A stretch of DNA of 62,924 nt, filler included. It is 12 parts of 12 records of this genome, joined end to end, with 100 filler letters (N's around TTAATTAATTAA, not from the genome) between each part and the next. Parts side by side here need not be neighbours in the genome. Positions count along the whole stretch, not along the records: positions 5,537 to 9,676 come from SRR15195285_6; positions 9,777 to 14,686 come from SRR15195285_9; positions 14,787 to 19,216 come from SRR15195285_10; positions 19,317 to 23,057 come from SRR15195285_11; 8 more parts are not named here. One strand, given 5' to 3'. The translations under genes were made by a program, and so were the position numbers. The notes below the pieces were generated by a model that did not search any database, was not told the origin of the DNA, and was given only the letters and a program-made list of their open reading frames with translations. Numbering within the stretch: the stretch's first letter is position 1; every line of letters starts with the position of its first letter. Positions 9,235 through 20,737 of this stretch are shown one piece after another.

Positions 9235-9776
9235 AAGTTTCAAATGAAGCTGCACAATCGACTGTCCGTCTCGAACCTCACAGCAGCATGCTGTGCCAGA
9301 ACCGGCAGTCACCTGCGCACGCTTCTATGTGGTTGCATTCCAGACCATCTTCTGTCAAACTGTGAGCACTCGCTTATGCTGACATCCCGCTTTTCGAGAA
9401 CGTGTCACTTCACCGTCGCACCATGCAATGCTGTGGAAGTTTTTCCGCTGAGTCCCAGGTGCGAGGAAATTTAGTGACAGTAATTTGCCCAGCTGCAACA
9501 AGAAAGTGCCAGTACCGCAGCCACACCACCAACACCAACACCGTTCTTGCCCCGATCTGGTAGGTACAACAGATTGCAGTCAGACGGTGATCACAGCATC
9601 TCCAATGGTTGGGAATACAGCACTCTACACTCGACCACTTTTGAAGTCAAAATATATAGAGGTGATGTGAAAAAGTNNNNNNNNNNNNNNNNNNNNNNNN
9701 NNNNNNNNNNNNNNNNNNNNTTAATTAATTAANNNNNNNNNNNNNNNNNNNNNNNNNNNNNNNNNNNNNNNNNNNN

Positions 9777-10103
9777 GGTGGTGGTGGTGGTGGTGGTGGT
9801 GGTGGGACGGATGCATCTGCCGCAGCCACCGATGGAGGTGATGCGCAGGCCACATCAGGTGGCGGCGGTGGGGGCAAGAAGTCAAAAAACAAAAAGAAGA
9901 AGGGCAAGGGCAAGTCTGGTGGCGGTGTGAAGGTCGCAAACGCAACAAAGGATGACGATGACTTTGCCAGCCTGGTGACACCGACGAGCACTCAGGCCGA
10001 TGAAGGTCCCTCATTCCTGATGTGTGTGACTGTGGTTGTTGTCGCGATGCTGATGACTTTCTTTGCGCTCATCATACTCAAGAGAAAGTCAAAGAGCGCG
10101 TGA
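9777..10103 (+). CDS. 3' end of a gene encoding a C-terminally membrane-anchored protein
   Basis: Frame open from the contig start: polyG, K-rich stretch, FLMCVTVVVVAMLMTFFALIIL, then KRKSKSA-stop. Confidence 0.6.
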   Translation, partial: GGGGGGGGGGTDASAAATDGGDAQATSGGGGGGKKSKNKKKKGKGKSGGGVKVANATKDDDDFASLVTPTSTQADEGPSFLMCVTVVVVAMLMTFFALIILKRKSKSA

Positions 10104-10234
10104 GTTACGTTGACTAATCACAACAAAATTGGGGTTCTCTAATGCTGCCAAAGGCGTGTTCAGCCCGACATCCCAGAATCCAAAGGCGAGCCGCCCAATA
10201 GCCACATGCATTATGCTCTTTGCGTCTAGGCGGT

Positions 10235-13200
10235 TTACACTCCACTGCGTGAGCGTGTGCGCGATAGCTGGCGCGACAACCCCAAGCCTACATCCTCCGT
10301 AGCCGCATGCGACATAGTAGGCGACGGCTCAGACACACCTGCACCAGTTTCCGCGGGCGCTGCTGCTGCTGCACCGGCGACGGAAGCTGAAGGAGAGATG
10401 ACTGTGGTTGGTGGACGATCTACCTGTCTGGCCAGCTGTTCCAGGCGTGCTTGCTCGCGAGACACGCGCTGCACCAGCGTGCTCGCGCGCTCAATCAGTG
10501 TCGATGCTGTCGCTTGGAACTCGGCGACAGCCCTCTCATCCTTCAATGCAGCGCCGCTGCTCAGGTCTTTGCCAAGGACAGACAGCTCCAACAGCAAATC
10601 CTCTGTTTCAATCTGATCGCAGCCATTCTCACCAGTGGAAGCCGCCATGGCCCACTTGATGGCGGCCATCCACCTCTGTTTAGGTGGCGACAAATCTTTG
10701 GGCACTACCCGAGCCGCCGCCGCGCGGGCCGGTGAGGACGGTGACGACGGGTGCTTCAATTTTGCCACATCTTTTGGGGTCACTTCTTCTGTTTTTTCAA
10801 CATCAGTGTCACTGTCATCTGCATCGTCCTCGCTGTCGCTGCTGCTTTCGCTACCACTTCCGATGTCGCTTGTGTCGGGGCTGCTACCTTGGTCACTGCC
10901 ACTCGAACCACAGTCGCTTTTGTTTTCTTCGTCATCAGAGCCAGTATTCAGGTTCTGTTTCAGCACCATTCGCCTGTACATGCCGTCTTTGATCGCCATC
11001 AGCGACTTGTGGTCTCCGCTCTGAGCTACCACGCCATCCTCCATACAGACGATGTGGGTGGAATTCTGCAGCACCACGAGTCGGTGCGCGATCTGCACTG
11101 TAGTCCTCCCTTCCATAAGCGTTTCAATAGCCGTTGCTACCAGCTCTTGCGTGTCAGCATCGAGACTGGCAGTTATCTCATCTAGAATCAAGATGCGTGG
11201 GTTGCGTAAAAGAGCCCTGGTTATAGTAATGATTTGCTTTTGTCCTGGTGATAGGTCACTGCAGTCAGTTCGCCACCGCTCCGGCTGCTCCATAATGACC
11301 TTGTATGCGTTGGTGCGCTTGCAAGCTGCCTCGATCTCCTCTTGGGTTGGGTCTTCATTGCGACCCTCAGCCGATCCCGCGTATCCGTACACTAGATTGG
11401 CGCGGATGTCGCCGTCAATGATGTATGGAGTTTGCTGAACGACTGCCATCTGCCGCCTCAGCCACGGAGGGTTGTAATCTCTGATATCACGGCCATCGAT
11501 CAAAACTTGTCCACTTTGGCAGTCGTACATGCGGAGTAAAATCCTCAGCGCAGTAGACTTCCCACATCCAGCGGACCCGACGATACCTAGTGACTCACCG
11601 GCGTCCAATTTGAAGCTGAGACCACGGAGAACTTTTTTGTTTTTGTCACGCGGGTACGCAAAGTGAATGTCTTTGAACTCTATCACTCCGTTGAGCGGCT
11701 TTGTCGGTGTCAGTCCGACATTCTCATCGATTCCCTGCGTTGGTGTACGGTCCAGCATCTCGATTATACGTGTTGCTGGGGCCAGCACGCGAGCAAGCCC
11801 AGGCAGCTCACGCTGAAAGAACGACTTTACACCGTGCACCAAATTTTCAGATAATGAGACAGCAATGGCGACGTCGCTGGCGCTCATCTTATTCTGCAGC
11901 ACCAGTTGTGATCCAAAGTAGAGACCCAAGTATGTGCCAATCTGATAGGAAAACCGAAAGATTGGATTGAGCAGGTCGAGAAGCAAATCTGACTGCTGGT
12001 GAAGGTCGTCCTGCACTTCGTTGGACGCTGAGAATTCTTCAACAGTCCGAAGCTCTCGCCCGAATGATCTAACGACTTGCATGCTCTCTGAATCATGAGT
12101 TACGCTTTCCATTCCGAGGCTGTCATCATTTCTCATGCGCCCTCGCTGCTGGCGCTTTGTCGATTTTTTAAACCAATTTATAACAAGCGCTTGGACCACG
12201 TTGGTCACGGGCAGTATGAATGCCATGAGCTTAAGCAGGTCTGGACTCTGCTCGTACGCCACAATAAAGTTCGACACAAGCCCCACGGCACGCTTGATGA
12301 CATACTGTGGCTGATAAACCAGGTCATGCTCGATGTCTTCGGCGTCTCGCAAGCACCTGTTCGGACTGTCGACTGAGTCGAAGTACCTGAGATCCTGGCT
12401 GATGATCGCCTTGCCCACCATTCGTTTCAGAGTCTGGCTGACAGCATCAGCACCTTTGCGGGTAAAGCGATTGCTCAGATTGTCGATGAACATCGTGATG
12501 AACTGTATGTAAATGACAGACCAAAAACTACTGTAGACCTGCTCATGGTCGAGCTGCTGCAGCGATCGGATCATATCGGACTTGAATTTGAGAGTCAAAG
12601 GTGTTACTGCGCCAGAAAGAGTGTTGAAAACCGTACCTGCGAACAGAGTTGGTGCGCTGGAACTTGCCAGTCGTAGCAGCACCCCAAGTTTGCCGTACTG
12701 CTCTTTCTTCTTGGCCCACATTGCGTTGACTGCCGTCACAAGCTCGCCACGAGTGGGCCCTACTTTCAGAGCAGGGCACCATTTGCTGCGATCGATTAGT
12801 CCGTAATAATCTAAGTGTCTCACTGCAAATGCACGTGGCCCTTTGCCGTATTTGACGCGTACCACCCGCTTGCGCTCCCTCCGTAGCAGGCGCAGTAAAT
12901 CCTTGATGGCTTTGCCGTCTCGAAATTTTTCGTGCTCGGCATGAGTTGAGTCGTTCATTTTCGTGACGCATTCGCTGACCTCGCGCTGCAGCGATTTCCA
13001 CGTCAGCTCGGTTGCTTCCAGCAGTAACGCATCCACTTCGTCTCGCTCACGTCGCAGCAAGGCGACTTTTTCCTCTAGTGAGACAGCTGATTTGCCTAGC
13101 GCAATGTCCTTCCTCTGAAGCTCTGCGGCATTCTGTGTGATTTCAACATCGCGGAAGCGCTTATGCGAAGCCTCCTTCCTCCAAGTATGAATCCGTTTCG

Positions 13201-14303
13201 CCTCGGTCCATTTGAGCTCGTTTACTTCGGTCTGCACCGGGGACACTTGTGTCTCAACTGTAGATAGCAACGGATAAGAATTCACATCCGACCCAGAAGA
13301 CTTCCCCAGTTTGGTGAGCTTCTTTTTCAGCTGCCGAGCTATGACGTCAGGGTCATCACCTTTCATCTTGTCAGCGTTCTCTCCACTCACCACCTTTCCG
13401 TCGTCGCTCCGCTGCGGCAAGATTGCCACTGTAATTTGCCGTGGGCCGAATGCAATTGTCCACTCGTGCAGACTGATTTGCCCGTCGCCGTCACGGTCGA
13501 TGCTGGCTACTAGCGCTGCGATGTCGTCAGGACTCATATCCAGCCCCACATCTGCCAGGCCGAGCGCAAAATTGTCAGCCGAAATGGCCCCCTCTCCACT
13601 GCGATCCATCATCTGGAAGGCCTGCGATATTTTTGCGCCCTTCTTAGTAAGCTGGTCCTTCAGCTGCGCAGTCAACTTTGCCACCAGTATCTGCACGCTG
13701 TTGGATCGAACTAGCCGCTGTGGCGGCAAATCCGGCTGCGTGCTGCCGTCCGTACTGACCATCTCCTGGGTACTGTGCTCCCCGCTCTCCCGCTCGTCTT
13801 CATCCAACGTGTCCTCAACCAGCAGCAGACGTGAACTGTCCACTTCAAACAGCCGCTGAAGCTCTTCTCTCAGCACTTCCTCGCCGTAACCGCCCACATT
13901 CAAAGTGAACGTCAGCCGGACTGTACCTTGGCCACTGGCTCCTAGCTTGTTCAGGTAGTACTTCGTGCGCTCAAGCTTCACCACTTCGCGTAGCTTGATG
14001 CTTGCTCGCTGAACCTCGCGACGCTTCCACTCAAGCTCCTCGTGGTTAACGCGCCTGGTCTTGAAGAACGCATCATATATCAGAAATAGACCCACTGGTG
14101 TGCCGAAGCAGGCTACGAGGGCTGGTCCGTGTTTGGCCACTACGGACGCGTTCGGCAGCACGCGCTCCATCAAACACTTAGCTGGATGAACGCTCCCGCG
14201 TGATCTGATCAACACCTCGAATCAGCAGACGAACCGCTTCCCTTCACGGTAGTCAAGCCGCACCTGTATGAAGCGCCGTCATACTGCCGCCGGCCCGGAG
14301 CAT
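10235..14303 (-). CDS. ABCB-type half transporter (TMD-NBD) with N-terminal EF-hand pair; probable intron 14263-14182
   Basis: Walker A GSAGCGKST, Q-loop VVQQTP, signature LSPGQKQ, Walker B ILILDE, D-loop ASLD, H-loop IAHRL, IEFKDIHFAYP. EF loops DRSGEGAISADN and DRDGDGQISLHE. A short first exon splices in frame. Confidence 0.88.
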
Positions 14304-14589
14304 CCTCTGCCAGGCCACCTGGCACCAGCAGCTGCGGGTTACAGCTTACGGATGGATCAACTGCTCAGCGAGCTTACGCAAGCTCCTACTACCCACAGGC
14401 ACGCAGCGCCTCAGCCCAGGCGAGATCCTGATCCCGACACAGCACCTCCGCCCAGGCGAGTTCCTACGATCCACGTGCAGCACCTCGGCTCAGCAGCTCA
14501 GCAGCGCGCTGCGCGCCATCGTTCAGCGCCGACGCGCCTCGCTTGCGATGCGGGCGCCGCGCCTTCCGGCGTATATCCATTCTCACTCA

Positions 14590-14686
14590 TTTAGCTAGAT
14601 CTAGTACTAGTAGCTTGTAGCTACTCGAGCTAATACTGCAGTACCGCGGTACTCGGAGAGTACAATCAAGCGCCGGGATGTATTGA
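14590..14686. repeat. CTAG/GTAC-rich low-complexity tract ending in AAGCGCCGG at the contig break
   Basis: TAGCTAGATCTAGTACTAGTAG...CAAGCGCCGG; same organisation as 55085-55309. Confidence 0.55.
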
Positions 14687-14936
14687 NNNNNNNNNNNNNN
14701 NNNNNNNNNNNNNNNNNNNNNNNNNNNNNNTTAATTAATTAANNNNNNNNNNNNNNNNNNNNNNNNNNNNNNNNNNNNNNNNNNNNGGGTGGTGGTGGTG
14801 GTGGTGGTGGTGGTGCACTGTGAGCGCTCGCCCTTGCCACCCCACTTGACGCAGCGCTGCGGCGGCTCATCGCTCATCGCATTGCTGTGTTGTGTGTGTG
14901 GTATAGTAGAAGGCGAAGGGCGGGGGTGCGGTCGCG

Positions 14937-17567
14937 ATGTCGACGCAGATCCGGGAGATCGTGGACCTGCTGAACAAGCCGCCCTTCTCGCACAACTTCA
15001 GCCTGTGAGCACGCCGCCACGCGCGATCAGTTGCGCCGTGCGGGCGAGTCGGGATGTGCGGCGTGGTGCTACGCATCGCACGGGCCGAGCGGCCGGGTTG
15101 GTTTCGCGAGGACAGGGTAGTTATTATCACAGATGCGGGCAAGCGCGGCTCGGGTCGCGCTGCTGCGCAGGGGCTGAGGCGCTGCGGTGGCTGCTGTGTG
15201 TGTGTTGCTCAGGGTGACTTTCGATGAGCAGCAGCCGCACCAGCTCATGATTCTGCTCAACGAGGTGCTCGGCGCAATCGACGACTCGCAGAAGGTGCGC
15301 TCGCGTGGTTTCCGGCCCGCGGGGCGATCGCGGGGCCCACCCTTGCGTGTTGCTAAGCGCCCGAACCCCGCGCTTGCTCAGGTGGACATGACGCGCGAGG
15401 ACCCGGTGATGGCGCAGAATCGCATCATTCAGTTCCTGCACGTGCTGGCGTACAGGCCGGCAGACCCGAGCACGTTCATGATGAACCTGTTCAATGGCGA
15501 CCGCGATGTTTGCTACACGCTGATGGAGTGGCTGCTCAAGTCGCTGGGCGCCCACAAGAAGCGCGCGTACCTCGCGCCGTACCTGACGGAGATCGACGTC
15601 CCGCAGGACCTATTCGCTGACGAAATGGTCATGGAGATCAAGCAGAGCTGCTCGAACCTGAAGGAGGAGTTCATCCACTCGCACAAGCAGCTGGCCATCC
15701 TGGAGGAGGCGACGCAAGACCCGAACGCGAAGAAGGAAATGATCCAAAACCTGGACGACGAGCGCCGCCAGCTGTCGGAGCGCGTGGCGCGACTCGAGAA
15801 GAAGCTACAGGGCAACCTGGAGAACTTCGACGGGATGCACGTCGTGTGCAAGCGACTGCGCCGCGAGCTGGATGACGAGAAGGCTCTGAAGCAGAAGCAC
15901 AAAGATCAGACCGAGTCCCTCCAGAGCGCAAAGCGCGCTCAGGCCCAGGCTAAGGAGCGGCTCGAGAAAATCCGCAACGAACAGGGTCACATGCTGGATG
16001 GTGACGCGGTAACCATGCTCGCCAAGCTCGAGGAGGATATAGTGCGTAAGAGGAAGCAAGCGCACGAGGATCTGCCGCACGATCTGGCGGAGTCCCGGAG
16101 GAAGCTGGCGGAAACGCAGAGCATCGTTTCTGGCCAGTCTTTCACCGAGCACGACGTGCAGCAGCTCATGGCCCAGAAGCGGCGGCTTGACCAGGAGTGC
16201 GAGCGCATGGCAGAGGAAAAGCGCAACCCTCCAGCCGCGGATGACAAGATCATAATGTTTCGGCAGCAGGCAGGGATGATGGAGCGGAAGAAGGAGCAGC
16301 TGCTGCAGAAGCTGGAGGAGGAGAAAAGCCGCAAGGCAGCTCTGGACAAGGAGATTGAGGAAAAAGAGAACAGCTTCGAGGCGATGGGCTCGATGGGCCA
16401 CATGAGTGGGGATGATTTCCGGCGGATCAAGCAGGACTTCCGTGCGAAGAGTACGCAATACAAGCGCATGAAGGCCGAGCTCAACGAGCTACGCGCCGAG
16501 AAAGGAGTGCTGCAGCGCACGGTAGCGATCCTGGAGTCGCGCTGTCACGACCTGGACGGTTTTGTGCAGGAGCAGGAGCGGAAGGCCGGCGTCGAAGGTG
16601 CTGCGAATAACTTGCGGGAACTCGAGACAGTGGCCGCGAAGAAGTCGGAGTACGATCGGCGGAAGGGCATGACGCTTCAAGAGCACTCCGAGGAGGTTGA
16701 CAATATTCGCCAGGTCATCAAGGACAAGAAGCAGAAGCTTGCGCCGATGATTAAGGAGCTGCGCGCCGCTCGCGGCGAATTTCAGCAGATGGACGGTTCG
16801 TACCAGGAGCAGAAGGGTATGTACGACCAGTTCAAGCTCAAGTACGACTGCGAGTTCGAGGAGCTGGAGACTGACTCTGATGCATTTAGGTGAGCGAACC
16901 GACTTATGCAGATGCACCTCCGCCTGCGTGCACCGCTTCACCACACACTGACTGTGCCAGCTGCCTGGGCGTGTCAATGCTCAATCACTGCGTGAGTGTG
17001 AGCCGGCTTGTGGAATCTAAATATTGACTATGTGCCCACTCTCGTCCGCTCAGGGCCGAGATCGAGAAGGCGGAGTCACAGCTCCACCACCGCAACGCCT
17101 TAAAACAGATCGAAAGCGTGGCAGTGCGGCGGGTGGAGGAGGAGGTCCAGGCCAAGACAGCTGGCACTCGCGTCGGTCCGAACCAGGAGTACGGGTCGTA
17201 CCGTGACATGTACGAGGACCGCATCCGCATGACGACTGACAGCATTAAGCAATTGCGCGAGGAACGCAAGTATGCAGAGGTGAGCTCCTTCGTTCCTATC
17301 CACCTGCCTGAGGAAACGGACTATCCCTGTTGCTGCACGTGCCCTGACCGCTGGCGACTGCTCTGCAATACGCAGGAGAACTATGAGCCCAACTTGGTGC
17401 AGATGAAGATCTTCAGCGGCTTGCAAAATCTCCTGAATGTGAAGCTGCAGTTGATCCAGTCTGGCCAGGGCAACATGTTCGGTGAGAACGACTTGGCCGG
17501 TGGCGTGAACCAAGTAGTTGCGGGTGAGCAGGGCGGCGCGGCGAATGTCTTCACGCTGGACTCTTGA
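14937..17567 (+). CDS. IFT81: Intraflagellar transport protein 81; 5 exons (introns 15005-15212, 15295-15381, 16890-17053, 17280-17375)
   Basis: Spliced N-terminus MSTQIREIVDLLNKPPFSHNFSLVTFDE matches the IFT81 CH domain. HKKRAYLAPYL, FRQQA, KGMTLQEHS, KKQKLAPMIKELR and C-terminal EPNLVQMKIF..L..LL..K motifs. All introns are GT-AG and phase-compatible. Confidence 0.95.
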
Positions 17568-17968
17568 AAAAACAGCTGGTCAAAGCTGGCCGACACGAGT
17601 AGTTCGTGTCGTGGACAATAATGCACACACCTACATTCCATTAGTTTCGACGCGTTGTTCACTCATTGGAGTTCTGCCGTCACGCGTATCGCACTATGTA
17701 CCGCACAAGCACAGGGCGACAGTGGCAGTAGGACAGGGGGAGAGACTGGCGTGAGTGATGGCGAGACGCTGCAGCACGAGAGGGAACCCAGTTGGGACGG
17801 CCGTGGTCAATCGGAAGTGCGATGAACAGACTTCTTGAGACAATACCGAGCACTGGACAGCGCCCCGCACCGATGGGTCCAGGCTGCTGCACCCGGGTCC
17901 GCAGGCAGGACTTGCAACTCGTTGCAAGTTGCCATTCCCATCCCCCTGCTTGCTCATCACTCAATCGC

Positions 17969-19216
17969 CTAGGCTGTAGGTTGCTCCCACTGAGACGCGC
18001 CTGTCGATTGGTTAACGTAGTACGGCCGACCGTCTGCCTCGTTGGGTAGGATTTCCCATCCCTCAGGCAGCTCCGAGTGCACTGTCAGTAGATTAAGCAA
18101 CGGCGTGCGGGCGGGGGAGACAACAGCACACACCACAAACACACATGTGAGAAACAGCAGGGCAAAGCAAAGCAGGGCAGGACAGAGCTGAATGGTGGCG
18201 GCAGTTCGAGTACGCACTGCACTTCCCAAACCCCTCACGCAGGGCCGCCTTGTCAAGGTCCTTGCCGATGAAGACCATCTTGTTGATGCGCGGCTCGTCC
18301 TCTGTCCAGTCGTTCGCCGCCGGACCGAAGTTGATCGACTCGTGCACGCCTTGGAAGACAAACTTGGTGCTGCCTTGGCCGTGGATCGAAAGGACGCCTT
18401 TGCTGCGGTACAGATCACTTGAGCGCTCGCGCAGAAGCGTGCCCATGAAGTAGTTAAACTTGATGTCTGAAGCAGCCATACAGCGCATACCCAGCAAACG
18501 TCAGATAGCTGCCGCGTGCGTGTAGTGCTAGGTTTGCAGCCTGCGAGCCAGACTGGCTACGTGGGTGGCTCGAACTCACTGTCGAGGTCACCCTCCAGCT
18601 TAATCCCGACTGACCCCACACGAGAAAGGTCATGCACCTTCTTCTTTGCCTTGACGTTGGCACCGTGGCCATGGCCGTGGCCTCCCGCGTGCCCGTGCCC
18701 GTGCCCGCCACCCTCCTTGCCCTCAGCCGCAGCCGCAGCTGCAGCGGCGTGCCCGTGCCCGTGCGCGTGGCCTTCGTCTGCGCAGGTCTCGTCAGTGCAC
18801 ACCTCTTCCTCCTCTTCGTCATCGGACATTTGATCGGCGAGCGTGGGGTCCATCTCGAGCGAACGCTCGATCGAGAAGGTGCTAAGCCCCAGGACCTCTT
18901 TGAGGTCCACCTTCGACCGCTCCGTGACGAGGATCTTCGCGAATGAGTTGACTCCCTTGATGTTGCCAACCTACCAGCAGCGACGGCACAGGCAGCCGTG
19001 AGACGAGGGTCGAGGCTGAAGGCAGTTGCGGCGCGAGGGCGGGACAACACTGGGGCGGGCTGCGGAGCACTCACAACGTCCTCAAGCTCCTCCGGCGTGA
19101 CCAGATCCTTCTTGTTGACAATGATCTTGTCCGAGAAGGCCACCTGCTGGACGGACTCGTTGACGGCGTTCTCAGCCTTCACTTCGGTGAGGTGCTGCAT
19201 GATGTGCTTGGCATCG
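17969..19216 (-). CDS. CobW/COG0523 (ZNG1-like) metallochaperone GTPase, 5'-truncated, with His-rich insert, CobW_C domain and a terminal WW domain (introns 19074-18971, 18579-18467, 18217-18082)
   Basis: DAKH...QQVAFSDKIIVNKKDLV (G4), GHGHGH tracts, VHD..VGSV, LYRSKGVL..FQGVH..KMVFIG. Last exon LPEGWE..DGRPYYVNQSTGASQWEQP is a WW domain. Confidence 0.88.
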
Positions 19217-19317
19217 NNNNNNNNNNNNNNNNNNNNNNNNNNNNNNNNNNNNNNNNNNNNTTAATTAATTAANNNNNNNNNNNNNNNNNNNNNNNNNNNN
19301 NNNNNNNNNNNNNNNNA

Positions 19318-20607
19318 GGATCCTTGCTACCGTGCACCGATGGGAGCTGCAGTACGACCACAATGACATGTGCGCAGCTGGCTGCTGTCGGTGGCTGCGA
19401 AAAGTATTTCGGAGAGCTATTTGATTATTCGGCCAGCTCAGCTGCCCCAACGTGCTCGCAGCAATTTTCTTTTGGCGCTACAACAGCTGTGGCGATGGGA
19501 TGCTGCTCGACGTGCAACGTCGATTCGCTGAGTGCCAAAGAAGTTGACGACTTGATCACGCTGTTCAAGAAATTCGACCAGGACGGGGATGGTTCTATTG
19601 ACCAGTCAGAGCTGAAAGCCCTTTTGCATGTGTCAGGCATTGACGCTACAGATGAGCAGGTGGCCACTGTTTTGAACGACGACGACACTGATGGTGACGG
19701 CAGAATCGAGTTCAGCGAATTCGTTGGAATTGTGCGCCAAGATATGGCCAGGCACCCACCAACCGCAGGCGGAACAGGACGCCCTGCGGGAAGCTGCGTG
19801 GAGCGAAGTACGACTGTGGCTGGGCAGACATTGTCGTGCAGTCACTATGTGCAGCTCGGATACACATGCCAGGTACAATTCTGCAACTTAGCAGGTTCCG
19901 GTAGCTCTGAGAGACACTCTGCGGTCAATCTTTTGATCTACGTTGCCTGGGTGTGTTGTGTGCAGGCGCTTACAACCACGCCTCAGTTCATGAATGTGAG
20001 TTTCTCCTGCAATCAATCTGATACAAGTCCACAACTGATCTGCATGCACGGTCACGCCAGGATTTCGACTGTCACTGCTCATGCCCCGGTGCCAACGCAC
20101 ACATAGCGACTGCTCCTGGGGCCAGACGCTGCAACGCAGCGGCGCTGTCCGCTGCGTGTTGTGAGTTCGCACACAGATCATGTCGCACGTGAATCTCGTG
20201 TCATTTCCCAATTGCGACAATTTATGGAATGAGGATTATCATTTAGGATGTCTCGGGTGCTCGCGTGCTCTGCAGCGGACCCAAGTATCATGACCCCGGC
20301 TCACCTGTGCGACAACATGTGTTCAGTACGTCACACGCCGTGTCCACGTTTTCGTTCATTTCCTGCGTAGCGTTTTCAACCGTTGCGTGCGCAGGCATAC
20401 ATGCTCCAGCACTGGGCAGAGTGCTCTACTGACCCGACAGTCGATCATTCCCTAATTGATGCGTTCGCACCGGTGCGCCGCAATCAGCAGTGCCTCATTG
20501 TTGCTCACAATGCGCTCGGAACAACGAACACATGCTATGTGCAGGTTCAAAGCTATTGTACTGGCCAAGCGGCGGGCTCCACGGGGAGCAATGCAGGCGG
20601 TGGGTAA
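19318..20607 (+). CDS. 5'-truncated multi-exon Cys-rich protein with an internal calmodulin-like EF-hand pair
   Basis: EF loops DQDGDGSIDQSE and DTDGDGRIEFSE. About five short GT-AG introns (e.g. 19873-19965, 19996-20060) link Cys-rich exons ending AGGG-stop at 20607. Confidence 0.7.
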
Positions 20608-20737
20608 AGGAAGCTAGTAATTAATGCAAGATCACGTTGTTCATTCTGTAGACAGCGAAAGCGGACGCAAAATCAAGTAGGTTCATTCGATTTTGGGATG
20701 ATTGTGAAGACTATTGCACACAGCACCCCTAGAGTGA

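Noticed and set aside
5537-9676. Terminal inverted repeats at the ends of contig 2
   Set aside because: The ends share only about 4 of 5 nt (ACCTT versus ACTTT), which is not significant.
9777-9804. (GGT)n, (GCA)n and (GGC)n runs at contig ends as telomeres
   Set aside because: Trinucleotide microsatellites, often in-frame polyG/Q/A, that simply break short-read assembly.
15127-16977. Long antisense ORFs over IFT81 and similar shadows over other genes
   Set aside because: Expected from high-GC3 codon usage; the translations have no recognisable motifs.
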